Notes under the pieces: generated by a model | Databases searched by the model: none | Told to the model about the DNA's origin: nothing | The model's input: only the letters and a program-made list of their open reading frames with translations | Position numbers and translations under genes: made by a program | DNA from: Enoplolaimus lenunculus | Taxonomy: Eukaryota | Assembly (NCBI GenBank): GCA_030248215.1 | Contig: JASANG010001414.1 | Location: 434,001-498,000 of the forward strand | DNA: 64,000 nucleotides | Direction: 5' to 3' | Shown here: one piece after another, positions 50,972-63,214 of the stretch | Layout of the letters: every line of letters begins with the position of its first letter | Position numbering within the stretch: the stretch's first letter is position 1

Positions 50972-51495
50972 TTCGCAAGTCGCTCAAATTCAAAACCAAG
51001 GTCGGAGCAGCCACCCCTTATACGCCCCCATTTGGGTGGACCCCACCCCTAAAGGGCCCCCCACTCTAACCGGTTGGAACAAAAACCGCTTAAGTTTAAA
51101 AATGCGTCTGGTTTCTCGCTCGCTTCGGTTGCGAGTTTGAGGGTACGTATTCTGAAATTTGGGGGAGGCCCACACGCTTGCCTGCTCCGGCACTGCTCAT
51201 ACCTAGTTCCAAAGTGCGCACAGCTCGGCCAGTTTCGCAAGTCGCTCAAATTAAAAACCAAGGTCGGAGCAGCCACCCCTTATACGCCCCCATTTGGGTG
51301 GACCCTACCCCTAAAGGGCCCCCCACTCTAACCGGTTGGAACAAAAACCGCTTAAGTTTAAAAATGCGTCTGGTTTCTCGCTCGCTTCGGTTGCGATTTT
51401 GAGGGTACGTATTCTGAAATTTGGGGGAGGCCCACACGCTTGCCTGCTCCGGCACTGCTCATACCTAGTTCCAAAGTGCGCACAGCTCGGCCAGT
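50972..51495. repeat. Tandem duplication of 2 x 262 bp containing a hAT-like MITE plus flank
   Basis: Units start at 50972 and 51234; three substitutions seen between copies. Confidence 0.95.
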
Positions 51496-51833
51496 TGCTA
51501 GCTTAGAGTATCAAAATTTTTACCAGTAGCTTTTCCTTCACTAATAGGACAGTGAGCGAAAGCCAAACGAAAATGCTGCAATGAATGTAAGTTCACAAAA
51601 CATGTACTGAACGAAATCTCCAACTATGCTCAAACACCGAAAACACTTAAACAAAAATCGCCCCTGTCAAAATGCACGGACGTACTGATCCTGGACACTG
51701 AAGCTTTTTGGCCTCAGCGCACTTGACATTGAAGATTTTTTGGTTTCAGAGCCAATCAAAAGTTAACTGCTGTACGCATGATATTGTGAAAGTTGCATAA
51801 CGAACTGTTCTAAGAGTAGATAATATGACTTAA

Positions 51834-53420
51834 CCCTCAATGGCCCGACAGTCTACATATGTAGACATAACCAGTTCGACAATTGATTGTTCGGCAGGTG
51901 CTATAGTTAACAATCTATTGTTTAATTTCCATCGATAATTATTCTGTTATAGTAGTATAAAAAACTTAAGCATTGTGGGACAAAAGTTTGCTGTACAGTG
52001 AGTCAATACCATATACCGACCGTCTACATATGTAGCAGATGTTGATTTGATCATAGTTTGAGTTTTGACAAGATTGGACGTTTTGTTCTTCCCGGTTTTG
52101 TATGGTGAGGAAGTCAGGGAATGTAGGTTTGCATAAATTATCTTTACTGAGGTCGTCGACGTGTATAGACCAAGGATTCAGAGACAGAAGACAAACCGCG
52201 CAATAGTTCAAATCGCCAGAATCTGTTGAGTTAGGTCAATGCAGTAGTGAAGAGGCTGCTATTTATGAGCAAGATAGTGATGGTGAATTACAAAAACAAT
52301 CGGACGCATCTAGTAGTGAGTTGAGCGATATGGCGAGACTTCTAGTGGAAGTAATGTGTTTTTGTCAGCGCGGGTGTTGAGTGGCATTCCACACCGCCTT
52401 CCGTGTGTTAGCTAGAATATAATTCGCTTTCGCAGCACCAGTAAACCTACAACAGAGTCACAAGCATTTCATCTTTATATAAACGAGCCCATTTTACATA
52501 CAATTCAGCGCTCACTAGTAGGCGCTGCGGCGCGCAATTTTTCACGCCCAATGTGCGAGCTGAAGCTTGGCTGGGGTGGAATCAGAGCTGGTCAGTCGCG
52601 ATACATGTCTCCAGTGGCTTCACTATTCACCAAAAACGACAGCAGGCCCTTTTACCGCTGCGCGCTGTCAAAAAACAGAATGAAACAGTTGCTGGAAAAT
52701 GTAACATTCGACAACAAACTGACTCGCCGAGAGCGTCAAAAAAGTGACAAAATGGCTGCTATACGAGATGTTTGGGACCTATTTCAGTCCAACTTACGTC
52801 TTCATTATATACCGTCCGAATCACTTACAGTAGATGAACAGCTCTACGGGTATAGAGGATATGCACCGGGCGAGCGTACATGCCGGCGAAACCTGCTAAG
52901 TACCGTTGCACAACGCATTCATTGTCATGAAACTGAACAGATATCAAAAGTCACGCAATGTTTTCATGAAAAAAGTAGCCGAACAACTAGCGCAAGACAA
53001 TATGACCAAACGTTACAGTAGTGAAAAAATTTACGCAAAATCAAAGGATTCATTTATGGCTTACGGGCTGCCTCAAAAGCGAAACGAACCTTCTACATCT
53101 GGTAAATCGACCAAATGTCAGGTCACAAGTTGTCGCAAATCTACGAGATTGAGCTGTTCGTCATGTGGAAAACGAGTGTGCAAGGACCACATGAATTGCA
53201 CCATAACGTGCAACGACTGTGCTTAACTGGACAACGCGCCCGCAGTGGGAGGCTGGACGGGGAGCGGGTGGAACTCCGCCAGAACACTAGTTCTGACTGT
53301 CTCAAGCCAGTTAAAGGAGGAGAGCACCCTGAGATAAGCCAAAACTAACGCTAGTTGTGTTGTCTACATATGTAGACCGTTGGGCTGATTAAGGTGAAAA
53401 TTTTGCCGGGCCGTTGAGGG
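51834..53420 (+). mobile_element. Internally deleted piggyBac transposon (1587 bp)
   Basis: TTAA TSDs at 51830-51833 and 53421-53424; 17-bp TIR CCCTCAAYGGCCCGRCA; subterminal palindrome GTCTACATATGTAGAC near both ends; transposase remnants inside. Confidence 0.95.
52200..53226 (+). pseudogene. Fragmented piggyBac (DDE_Tnp_1_7) transposase
   Basis: Acidic N-terminal remnant; RPFYRCALSKNRMKQLL...FD...DKMAAIRDVWDLF...LTVDEQLYGYRG; frameshifted YMPAKPAKY fused at about 52903 to HNAF...; C-terminal Cys-rich domain CQVTSC...CSSCGKRVCKDH...CNDC. The middle of the catalytic core is deleted. Confidence 0.9.
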
Positions 53421-56288
53421 TTAAAACCTCCACATGTCACTACAGATACGTTGCCTTCATGTAAAAGTCACAGTGACAGACAGAGTCATTTTAGCACGTA
53501 AGCATAAGTGATCGAACAAGTGTTTGAGTTGGACCCGGCTAATATTCGGCTTTAACAACTTTGTCATTTTTAAAATAATAGAATAGAATACATATACCTA
53601 AACTGCGTCTCAGCTTATATTACCTAATTCACTTTGGGCTACTACAACTGATAAATGTTGAGTGTTAAATTTATTTGCCTATGTTATTTTAAAGGGCGTC
53701 CAGGTTTCTGGTGGTCTATAAAAGAGTAGGTGTTTTAGTTTCTGGATTACATTTTTTTGCTTAGGCTTAGGAATTCATTTTTGCAACGTTTAGGCCTAAG
53801 CTTAGGCTTAGGAATACACTTAATCCACTGTTACACCACTTATAGTAACATTGGCCAATTTATTGAATTGAGTTCCGTTGTCAATGGGTGTACTATTCAT
53901 TAATTGTTGCGTTGTGCGCTTTAATCTTGCACCTGTCTCATGTGGCAATTTACCCCTATTTTTATGAAACATATTGCTTTTAAGGAATAAATTCAGGTTG
54001 ATTCAGCGAATGTTTGTACATCCTTATGAAATTTGTAATGTATGTTCCAGACACTGGCCCGTTACGATAAAGGTGGTCCTATTGTCCCCGGACAGCAAAT
54101 TTTATATATCCCAGCCACATATAATATATATGTTTACATATACTGTGAATGTGGATTAATAAAGGAGGTTATTGGCCCCCAACTTCAAGGGACGGTGAGG
54201 CTGAGCAGGAAAAGTATTCTGGCCCATGTACAATAAAAGAATTCTATATTACATTTTTTTGATTTAGGCTTAATTTTAGGCTTAGGAACATTTTTGCAAT
54301 GCTTAGGCATAGGCTTAAGAATACGTTTGGCCAGTATTTTCGGACCGCAAACGGTAGATATCTTGTTCCCGATACTGCATTGCATTTGTTCGTTTTTCCA
54401 GTGCCCAACCCTGCTATATGCTCGCGATGCAATGTGGACACGACTTTTAATCAATCATACTCAACACAATGCATGACAATAGGAAAACCTAGCACAGTAA
54501 TCGATATATACGAGAAAATACAACAGTATAATAAGTTATAAATAATACAAGTGGATGGTGTAATATTATTTAAGTCATAATGGAATAGGCGAAGGACCTG
54601 CAGCCAGCGGAACTTTGCCCAGCTCTTTTGAAACGGTGAAACTCCATGCACTATAAACGGTGCATGAAACAAATGAGAGATAACCCAGAGTAACAACTTA
54701 CAATTTGTGAGTCGAAAATTCTAGTAGTAATGCGACCGAAGCTTTTTAGTTAGCTAAAGAACAAAATAATCAAATAAAATACTCAAAACAGAAGAAACCA
54801 ATTTTGTTGGAAAAACAAAGAAAAATCTAAGCTTGATATTATAATTCAAGCTACTGCATTTTAAACTACCTTGTTTGAAAGACATTTCTCAAGTGAAAAA
54901 TCACGAACTTTCCGAAATAATTAAACTCGAATAATTCAACCATGTTATCAATTTCTTAATAAACAATAACGAGACTTTACATTTTTACCAAAACTAATTG
55001 CAGACAAAGAATACTGAGTTTATAATATATATCTAAACGCAGAGTAGAACTGAACCGCCAGCACAACTGATAAAATAATGTTTAACATACATAATTCTCC
55101 AACTTCAACGTATGCTTACGCAGGTATATAACGCAATTACTGCACGCAAAACCAAAAATAAAGACAAGCAGTAAGTTGAGTGCTTCACATAGAACGATTA
55201 ACCATTTAGACAACAAATTAATCCATTTGCAAACACAGGTATGTATACGTTACAAATAAATTGTGGAAACCAATAGCAATGCAAACAGAAACTGCATAAC
55301 ATATTCAGCAACAAGATTCGATATACCATAACTACGAATGAGCCCCTTCACAACGATAATTACGTATATTATACTACGTTATATTATATGAAAATTCGCG
55401 AAAATAAGCACAATCAATTTTGCAAAGTTACGAGAAACATGTGCGTATTAATCCTGTAAACGTAACGTGGCCGTAACTAATGCAGGCAAATAGCCCATTC
55501 AATAGCACGTTTAAGAGTAAAACAGAGTAACGAAAATCTTGTTGCATTGCTGGGGCTCGAACCCTCTTCCACACGGATTCCTGTCGATTTTGCGAGCCAC
55601 CGACACAGCATGATTTTTTTCTAGTCACAGTCTAGGTCCATATACCGTAAGTTTGATAATTTAACAAAGAAAACCTCTTATGAAACACAGCAAGAAACCC
55701 TAAATTAAAAACAATTATACAAACCTCGATTAAATTTTAACCAGTCGTACAAGTATATTAGTATACTGCAAAAAGCGTAGTGGCTGCAATGCAACACTGA
55801 AACCGCACAGAGAACTACACGGCATAAACAGCAAAACAATGTTGTAATATATACTATGTATGGTCAGAAATTATATTTAACAGTAATTATATGTATAAAT
55901 CTACATCGTACAAATACTCATACAAATAACATAAACACAATGTCAATCCATATAAACGAAAATGCTTAAAACAGCTGCTCACGGCAGCCATAGCGATTCT
56001 TGTACGAACAACATTTGCTTTGAATAAAATTATGTACGCAGGTATATCTGAATCGAGTACGAGTGAGAAATATGCTTAACAGCCGACTGCAATTAGTTTT
56101 TGGATTACATGACGCATCCGAAGATCCAAACTAATTTGTCGGTGGTCACCGCGGATTGCTGAATACGCCGCACCAAAACAACATTGGATCGAGCGCATGT
56201 GATGCTTCGAACCTTGGCAAAATGTTCGTTAACCATCTTTGAACAAACATTCGTGCAAATTTTCCCACAAGGTACTTATTCTCTGACG

Positions 56289-56695
56289 TCAATTATTCCA
56301 ATTTACCCGGCTGCCGACGCTTCCCACCGGTTTACCGCCAATGCCACCTACTGCGCTCACTCCCGCAACTCCGTTGCTTCCGGACGGATATCCACCAAAT
56401 GGGGGAGGTTGTTGAATAGATGGATTACGGCCAGCGACAACAGAATGTACTGACATCGGCCTTCCACCTCCCAAGCCAGATTGTGATTGCCCAAAACCAG
56501 GAGTGCTCCTGTTACCGCTAGTCGCTGACGTCAACCGCTGGACTGTTGCAGGCATGCTTCCGATGCTATTGCCAACAGTTCCCTTACTGGCAGAGATATT
56601 CGCGCTACTGACCATACCACTACTACCACTACCCACCGCTGCTGGCGCTACATTGCTTGATGTCGCTTTGCTTAGACTAATCCCACCTGAAAAGT
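56289..56695 (-). CDS. Terminal exon of a Q/A/G-rich gene, probable PQN-59/UBAP2L/Lingerer homolog
   Basis: TTGTAG acceptor at phase 1 (alternative TTTTCAG acceptor 9 nt in, exon start 56686); reads ...QQPPPFGGYP...GSRVNWNN*. The C-terminal W-x-N ending resembles the UBAP2 family. Confidence 0.8.
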
Positions 56696-56952
56696 CTACA
56701 ATAAACAATATTTGTTAGTTTTCGAAAATCACACACTAATACTAATAGGCATGAGAACAGACAAACCCTCAATTCACTGACACAATTTTAACATCAAAAC
56801 AACGCGCTCGCGCTCAAATACAGCAGTTATCAATACCAAACAATAAATATAAGTTTAAAATTAACAAACCAACAGCATTCTCCGCCATTGTATGCACTGC
56901 TGCAACGTACGCCTCTGTAATAAACGTAATTAAAAATTACAAATATACACAC

Positions 56953-58051
56953 CGGGGAGAGTTTTCGAACCGCCTGATACCGAATGTTGAATTGCAGGTG
57001 TCGAATGACGAGGTTCGCTCACACTGCTACCACTACCACCACCACCGCGACCAATCGCATTCATCATGTCATTTGTGTTGTCGCCACCGCTAAGGCCACC
57101 ACCAGCATGCTTCACCACACTAACGCCGGGAGCACGGCTAGGCGGGGATTGAAGCATCGATACTTGTTGAGTAGGAGCTGGCGTTGAGGTTGGTTGTAAA
57201 TGAAACGGCGGCGGCTGCATTGTTGGTGGCGGTGGACCATGATGATGATGAGAAGCGCCGCTAGTGACCGAAGACGTTACAACATTGTTATGAACGCCCC
57301 CGGAACCTGTACCTGACTGAGCAGCAGCCGCTGCAGCCATTACACTCATTAATGCAGCACTCGGTGCTGAAGATTGCGGCGGTTGTGACTGAATCTGACC
57401 ACCTTGCGCTTGTTGTTGATTTGGTGGTGGCTGATTGTGGTGATGGGTGGGCGGTGGAGGCAATTGGTGGTGATGTGACAGCACCTGCTGCTGTTGTGAA
57501 CTACCAACACGGCCGCCGGCTCCCATTGACGAGATAGAACTATTCCCGCCAGTAGGAGCTGCTGCAATATTTGTAGAGCTGGTTGAACCAGTTCCACCGC
57601 CGCTATCATTACATCCCCCATTTGCTGTGATGCCACCTGGTGCACAACTAGACGCAGCTGACGATCCACTACCACCACCGCCACCAATTGATAACTGTGC
57701 GGTTAGCGTTTGTTGTTGTTGTTGTTGTTGTTGCTGCTGCTGCTGCTGCTGGGTGTTGTTTTGTTGTTGCACCACAGCAGCGTGTTGCTGAGCCGCAAGC
57801 AATTGCTGCTGCTGTTGTTGCTGATGAAACGCAGCTGCAGCGGCCAGATTTAGGTGTGGAGGCGTTGCTTGATGATGTGCCGCCGCAAACGCAGCTGCTG
57901 GTACTTGATGCGCATTAGAACCAAGAGCTGGTGGCGGCGGCGAAACCGTATTTAAACCACCACTGCGTGGTCCGTTGCGATGCGGTACACCAGTTGTTGC
58001 CGCAGCTGCCAATGCCCCAGTGACTGATTTTGGGTCATACACCGCAGCAGC
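56953..58051 (-). CDS. Large prion-like (polyQ/H/A/G) exon of the same gene
   Basis: TTTTAG|GCT acceptor at phase 0, 1099-nt open frame AAAVYDPK...KTLP, donor G|GTGTGT at phase 1. Confidence 0.9.
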
Positions 58052-58095
58052 CTAAAATGAATCCCATAAAATAGGATCTGTAAAATTTTACTGTT

Positions 58096-59038
58096 GCCTA
58101 CCAGTCGTAGTGGGACTACATTTTTTGAGCGAAGCTCGAAGACACGTAAGCAATTAAGGTAACATGCAAAGTAGTTATTAGCTAACTATTCATTTATCGG
58201 TTTTGGAGGTTTGTAAGCAAAAACCCTTCAGCCACCCTAATAATTATTGGAATAATTTAAAAAGTCCTAATTTTGTCTCGTCAATTAAGCAAATATGCAA
58301 ATTATCTATAAGCTAACTATTCAATAATCGCCTTTAAAGGTTTGTCGACAATTTATTCAGATTCCTCGCACCCGAAAACCCATTATTGCTGAAATTAGAT
58401 TGCTTGCAACCCTAATAATTAGTGAAACATTGTAAAAACGCCTAATTTAGGCTTATCAACTATGCTTATATGCAAAGTAGCTATTAGCTAACTATTCAAT
58501 TATCGGTTTTGGAGGTTTGTACACAATTTATTCAAATACCTCGCACCTAAAACCCTTTAATGCTGAAATTACATTGTTTTTAACCTTAATAATTAGTGAA
58601 ATATTGTAAAAAGTACTAATTTAGGCTTATTAACTATGCTAATATGCAAATTATCTATTGACTAACTGCTCAATTCTCCGTTTTGGAGATTTGTAAACAG
58701 TCCACGCAGATTTCTCGCACCCAAAAACCCTTTAATGCTAAAATTAGATTGCTTCTAACTGTAATAATTAGTGAAATATTGTGGAAAGTCCTAATTTAGG
58801 CTTAATTAATTATGCAAATTAGCCTGTAGCTAATAAACGGCTTAAAATTTTCAAACCCCAATGCGAGGCTAACACCCCAGAATAATTGTCTTTCAAACAA
58901 AAAAAAAGTTTATCAAAATCGGTTCAGCCGTTCCTGAGATTTTTTTCGGACGGACATCCACCTTTCGACCCCCAAGTACAAAACATAAAACGCTTCGCGA
59001 AACTCCGAGCTTGATGAGTCCTACTATAGGGTACAATC
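58096..59038. mobile_element. DINE-1/HINE (Helentron-associated)-like element with ~175-bp central tandem repeats, intronic
   Basis: 5' hairpin AGTC(G/C)TAGTGGGACT, complementary AGTCCTACTA near the 3' end, and an AAAATCGGTTCAGCCGTT core. The CTAATTT(A)G marker recurs at about 58267, 58442, 58616 and 58791. A second, truncated copy lies at 62739-63185. Confidence 0.6.
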
Positions 59039-59489
59039 GGACACTACGCAAAAAATGACATCTGGCAAGGGAAATAATTCACAAACGGCTCGGTTGAAAA
59101 TTTTTTACCTATCTATATTAAACAATTGTTTACGACAGAAATCACAATATTTCGAAGTGGTTTTGTATGAAATAAAGACATAATTAACTGGCAAACGAAG
59201 TTATTAAAAAACCCTATTATTACAAAATTATTACAACTATAATACTAACTCAGCATGATGAAGATTTCCTTTTTGTCAAAATGTATACTTAAATATCCGA
59301 CCCCGAAATTTTGATATCTGACTGAATCATCACCTCACTAGTAAATAATTGCCTTGCATTAAGAAAACAAAGCAAAGTCGCGTAATCTCCAGCCCTATGC
59401 CACATAATGACCGCAAATTAGACATTTCAGCCAACTTTTGAGACTAAAGGTTATTTTCACTGCTCACTGTCACCGATAAAACCACGAAC

Positions 59490-59746
59490 CTTGTTCAGCG
59501 TTGCTGTAAACGGCTTACTGCCAAGATCCGCAGCTGAGTCACTATGAAAACCACCAACCAGCTGACCTACCCCGGTTGCGTTTACGTTTTGTAGTTTAGC
59601 TCCAGCAGCACCTGTCGTATTGTGGGCGACGGTATGTTGAGTGCCGCCAATCGACAATCCAACACCATGCTGTTGAGTTCCCGCAAGCGCTGCCGTACCA
59701 GCGACATAGTTCGGTTTGTATGTAGTTTCATTTAGGTCATCGTATC
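59490..59746 (-). CDS. Exon of the PQN-59/UBAP2L-like gene
   Basis: TTATTAG acceptor at phase 1; (G)YDDLNETTYKPNY...SAADLGSKPFTATLNK; donor AAG|GTTCGT at phase 0. GYDDL resembles the UBAP2 GYDDL motif. Confidence 0.85.
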
Positions 59747-60095
59747 CTAATAAAATGCTGCATTATAAAAATATGGGTTGCTTAATACTTTCCACGTGTC
59801 ATGTTCAAGAAACAATTCTTTGTGAGTCATGGCGACCCACGCCGCCGTGCGTCGCATTTAAAATTTGTACCAATAGGCGGCGATGCACGTAATACAAAAG
59901 CATAGTAAAACCGGGCGAAGCTTAGACTACAGTTATCAGTGCTGTTCAAACTCATTATTAACAATACGATCAGTGTCAGTAGCTAAAAAGGTTAACCCCG
60001 CATATCGTAATTCAGAAGAACAATTTAACGCCATGCCTCTATGTCTGGCTATCACACAGCATCATTTTTTCAGTTAAAATTAAAGATAGACCAAC

Positions 60096-60177
60096 CTGAT
60101 GCACTGCCATACATGGTTGGAAAGCTTTTATGAAATGGTCCGGAAAGGCTTGCGGCAACATTGGCACATTGCGGAAT
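60096..60177 (-). CDS. Exon of the PQN-59/UBAP2L-like gene
   Basis: TTTGCAG acceptor at phase 0; IPQCANVAASLSGPFHKSFPTMYGSAS; donor G|GTTGGT at phase 1. Confidence 0.75.
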
Positions 60178-60722
60178 CTGCAAATACAACAACAATTAGA
60201 GGTGCAGGGATTTTTACTGGGACCGGAGCCGGTACTAACCGGGGCCAAGTCAGATCACGTAAAGATAATCACTATCAACATGAGCTACAATATGCGTAAT
60301 ACGTATATGGTTGCTAACAGTGGAATAAATAATCTGTTACCAAAATGTTGAAATTTGGTGTGTCTTTGATCTTTATATTTTTGAAGAGAAGCGAGCGTGA
60401 CAGGATTCTTGTTCATGCGACTTATTTTTGGATTATTTAAGATTGTATATAACAACTGGACCCGGTAAATAACGTACTGACCCCGGCACCGGGGCTATGC
60501 CGCGGGGCATCTCAATCATCAATTTACACAAATAGCGTAAAGCGCCAATTACAGGGATCTTTAAGCGTGTACGATTTTGCGCTCTGATTTTTAAAACGCA
60601 TTTAAATACAAAAACGCACGTATGGCTTTTGGATTGTTGAGTCGTCTAACCTCCAAATATGTCAATCATTTCGTTAAAAATTTACAGACATCTTTCGGAG
60701 AACAAAATCAAAGTTAACTAAC

Positions 60723-60839
60723 CATGTAAGCTGTCGGCGGTGGCGCAGTTGGGCTCAAAGCTTGAAGCGGCCCTGTTGTCATATGAGGATACAGGTAAGC
60801 ATTATTATATGGCGGAAAGTTGATAAAAGCATGAGCTGC
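60723..60839 (-). CDS. Exon of the PQN-59/UBAP2L-like gene
   Basis: ATTTCAG acceptor; AAHAFINFPPYNNAYLYPHM...TAYM; donor ATG|GTTAGT; phase 0-0. Resembles the UBAP2L FLNPALPPGYSY segment. Confidence 0.85.
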
Positions 60840-61120
60840 CTGAAATAAACACAACACGTCATAAATTAAATTGATAGTTAGTTTGATTCTATTCCTACAA
60901 TGTATCAGTAAACTCATGCACAACATTAAAAAAACTTCGCTGACTACTACTTTTCCTAAATTACAAATTTAGCCTCATGATAAACCTAAGCCCATAATGT
61001 CACCTACGGGTGTGCACGGCTTCCGTATTTTGCTGACTGCCCATAGCATGCTGCTAATAACAACATAATCTACAGATATATGATAGCAACTGATTTTTTA
61101 TTGAAAATTACTTCAGTCAC

Positions 61121-61491
61121 CTGAGCGTTGCTAACAGACGGCGTTAATCCAGGCGCCGGTGTTACATTTGCCGCCGCTCCAGCAGCAGACCCGCCGTTCA
61201 TACCACTATTTCCGCCAGCAGCCGCCGCATGAATTGATGTCGCGAATGAGCCCGAGTTGTTCGCGTTATTTCCGATACCACCAGCTCCGATGCCTTTTAG
61301 CAACTGCTCCGCTTGGTTGACACCACTTGCGCCACCGCCCGACAAACTAATACCCATCAAGTCTTGCTGTTGTTGTTGTTGAAGTCTTAATGCAGACAAC
61401 GATGAATTACCAGTACCCGCTGCAGCAGCAGCTGCTGCTAGCAACGACTGTGTCGATGGCATGCCCAGCGCAGCCGCGCCATTTGCATCAT
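61121..61491 (-). CDS. Exon of the PQN-59/UBAP2L-like gene
   Basis: TTGCTAG acceptor at phase 1; (D)DANGAAALGMP...TPSVSNAQ; donor CAG|GTGACT at phase 0. Confidence 0.85.
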
Positions 61492-62023
61492 CTAGCAATA
61501 AAATTAATTTTGCACCACCTAGCGATAAAAAAATTGTCATCTACAATTCAGATCACTAAAACAGAATTCAATGATGGAATAGTGACACCCTGTCATCTTT
61601 TTTAAAAGTCAGTTCAACTGATTATAAAACCCCAACCAGTGCGATCGGTATATACGTGATCTGATAAATTTAATATACGCATACCAGTGTTCAACCGGAT
61701 ACCAAAAAATAGTAAAGTCGGATATTTAAATGCATATTTCAACCAAAAAATAAAAAACTTAATCACACTAATTTAGTACAACTTGCTATAATATGCTTAA
61801 ATTTTGTTCTTACAAGAGTCTTAGTATTGAGTGGGCTTCTTGGAATGCTTCTTTTTGTCATTTCAAACAAATTTCACAGGGAAATATTGTGACTTCGGTC
61901 ATAATTGTATAATATAACGATATGTTTTATACTGTTTAGCAAAAGTATCTGCAAATGTAGAATACTAAATATCCGTCAACGCAGAATACCGGAGCAACAT
62001 AACCGGTTGAATCCAGCGCTTAC

Positions 62024-62069
62024 CGCTTCTTCCCAATCCAACCGAAGACGAGACAATGTCAATTGCATT
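62024..62069 (-). CDS. Small exon of the PQN-59/UBAP2L-like gene
   Basis: TTTGTAG acceptor; NAIDIVSSSVGLGRS; donor G|GTAAGC at phase 1, giving GRSDD (compare the UBAP2L FGRGD motif). Confidence 0.65.
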
Positions 62070-62290
62070 CTACAAATATTAATACGCACAGGTGAACAAA
62101 TGGATTAACAGAACAGTCGCCTAATCATCAAAGCCTATTTTACGCACTATTTAACTACAGACAGCAATGAAAGATTATGACAATCTTCTCACAACTGCGG
62201 TCGTAGGGTTCAAATTAAGCGTTCTGCGATTGTAAGTACACATAAACAAGAATACTCGTTCTTTAGTTGAAATTAAGCATAGCAACTCAC

Positions 62291-62365
62291 CGACTGCATT
62301 AATTGTTGACGATACGCACCCCCAAAATCTTCCGGCCTTAAGCCTGGATATACAGCATGCATTCC
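62291..62365 (-). CDS. Small exon of the PQN-59/UBAP2L-like gene (DUF3697-like region)
   Basis: TTTTCAG acceptor; GMHAVYPGLRPEDFGGAYRQQLMQS; donor TCG|GTGAGT; phase 0-0. Confidence 0.7.
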
Positions 62366-62738
62366 CTGAAAACGGAATCACGACAGTTTAAATTGTCTGC
62401 TTTGTAATACCAGCAATCCATTTCAGCAATCGAATTGCAGAAAAAGATTCTGAGATTTCAGCTCCATAAATCACAATGTTGTTTTATCCACGTCTAATGC
62501 ATCAATGAGTGACGTTCCCGGTTTAATACTTAGAGAAGACACGGGTTATGGTGAAAGAAGCACAGGTTTTGTACATTAACATTTTTGATTGTTTTGTGTT
62601 TGTTGTTGTAACGCTGTCTCCAGGTGCTACATATTTGAAAAGAAAGGTTCGTTTTATTTTGTGCTTACATATCACAATACTAATAACACAGAAAGTTATA
62701 CTCGCCAAGCCATTTCACATGTTGCATTACTTAGTTAT

Positions 62739-63185
62739 TATACCAGTCCTAGTGGGACTACATGTATTGAGCAAAGCTCGAACACACGTAAGCAGTTAAG
62801 CTAATATGCAAACTAGTTATTAGCTAACTATTAATTTATTGGTTTTGGAGGTTTGTAAAAAATTTATTCAGATTCCTCGCACTCAAAAACCTAAATTAAC
62901 TCTAAAATTTGAGAAATAATGTAAAAAGTCATTATTTAGGCTTATCAATTAAGCAAATATGCAAATTAGCAATTAGCTAACTATTCGATAATCGGTTTTG
63001 AAGGTTACCAGACAACTTATTCAGATACCTCCCTCCCAAAACCCATTATTGCTGAAATTAGATTGCTTGTAACCGTAATACACAGTGAAATATTGCAAAA
63101 ACGCCTAATTTCGGCTCACAAATTATGCTTACATGCAAATTACCTATTCGCTAACTACTCAATTATCGGTTTTAGATGCTTGTAT
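62739..63185. mobile_element. Second, truncated DINE-1/HINE-like element with tandem repeats, intronic
   Basis: Starts TATACCAGTCCTAGTGGGACTACATGTATTGAGCAAAGCTCG, matching 58096 onward, followed by the same repeat units. Confidence 0.6.
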
Positions 63186-63214
63186 TACAACAACACAGCA
63201 GAAACAAAAAATAC

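Noticed and set aside
59005..59040. Hammerhead ribozyme-like TGATGAGTCC...
   Set aside because: Lacks the exact CUGAUGA core and the GAAA after stem II; better explained as the element's 3' inverted repeat.
60467..60512. Two adjacent GC hairpins in an intron (possible ncRNA or Helitron end)
   Set aside because: Too short, single copy, with no snoRNA boxes or CTRR terminus to support a call.
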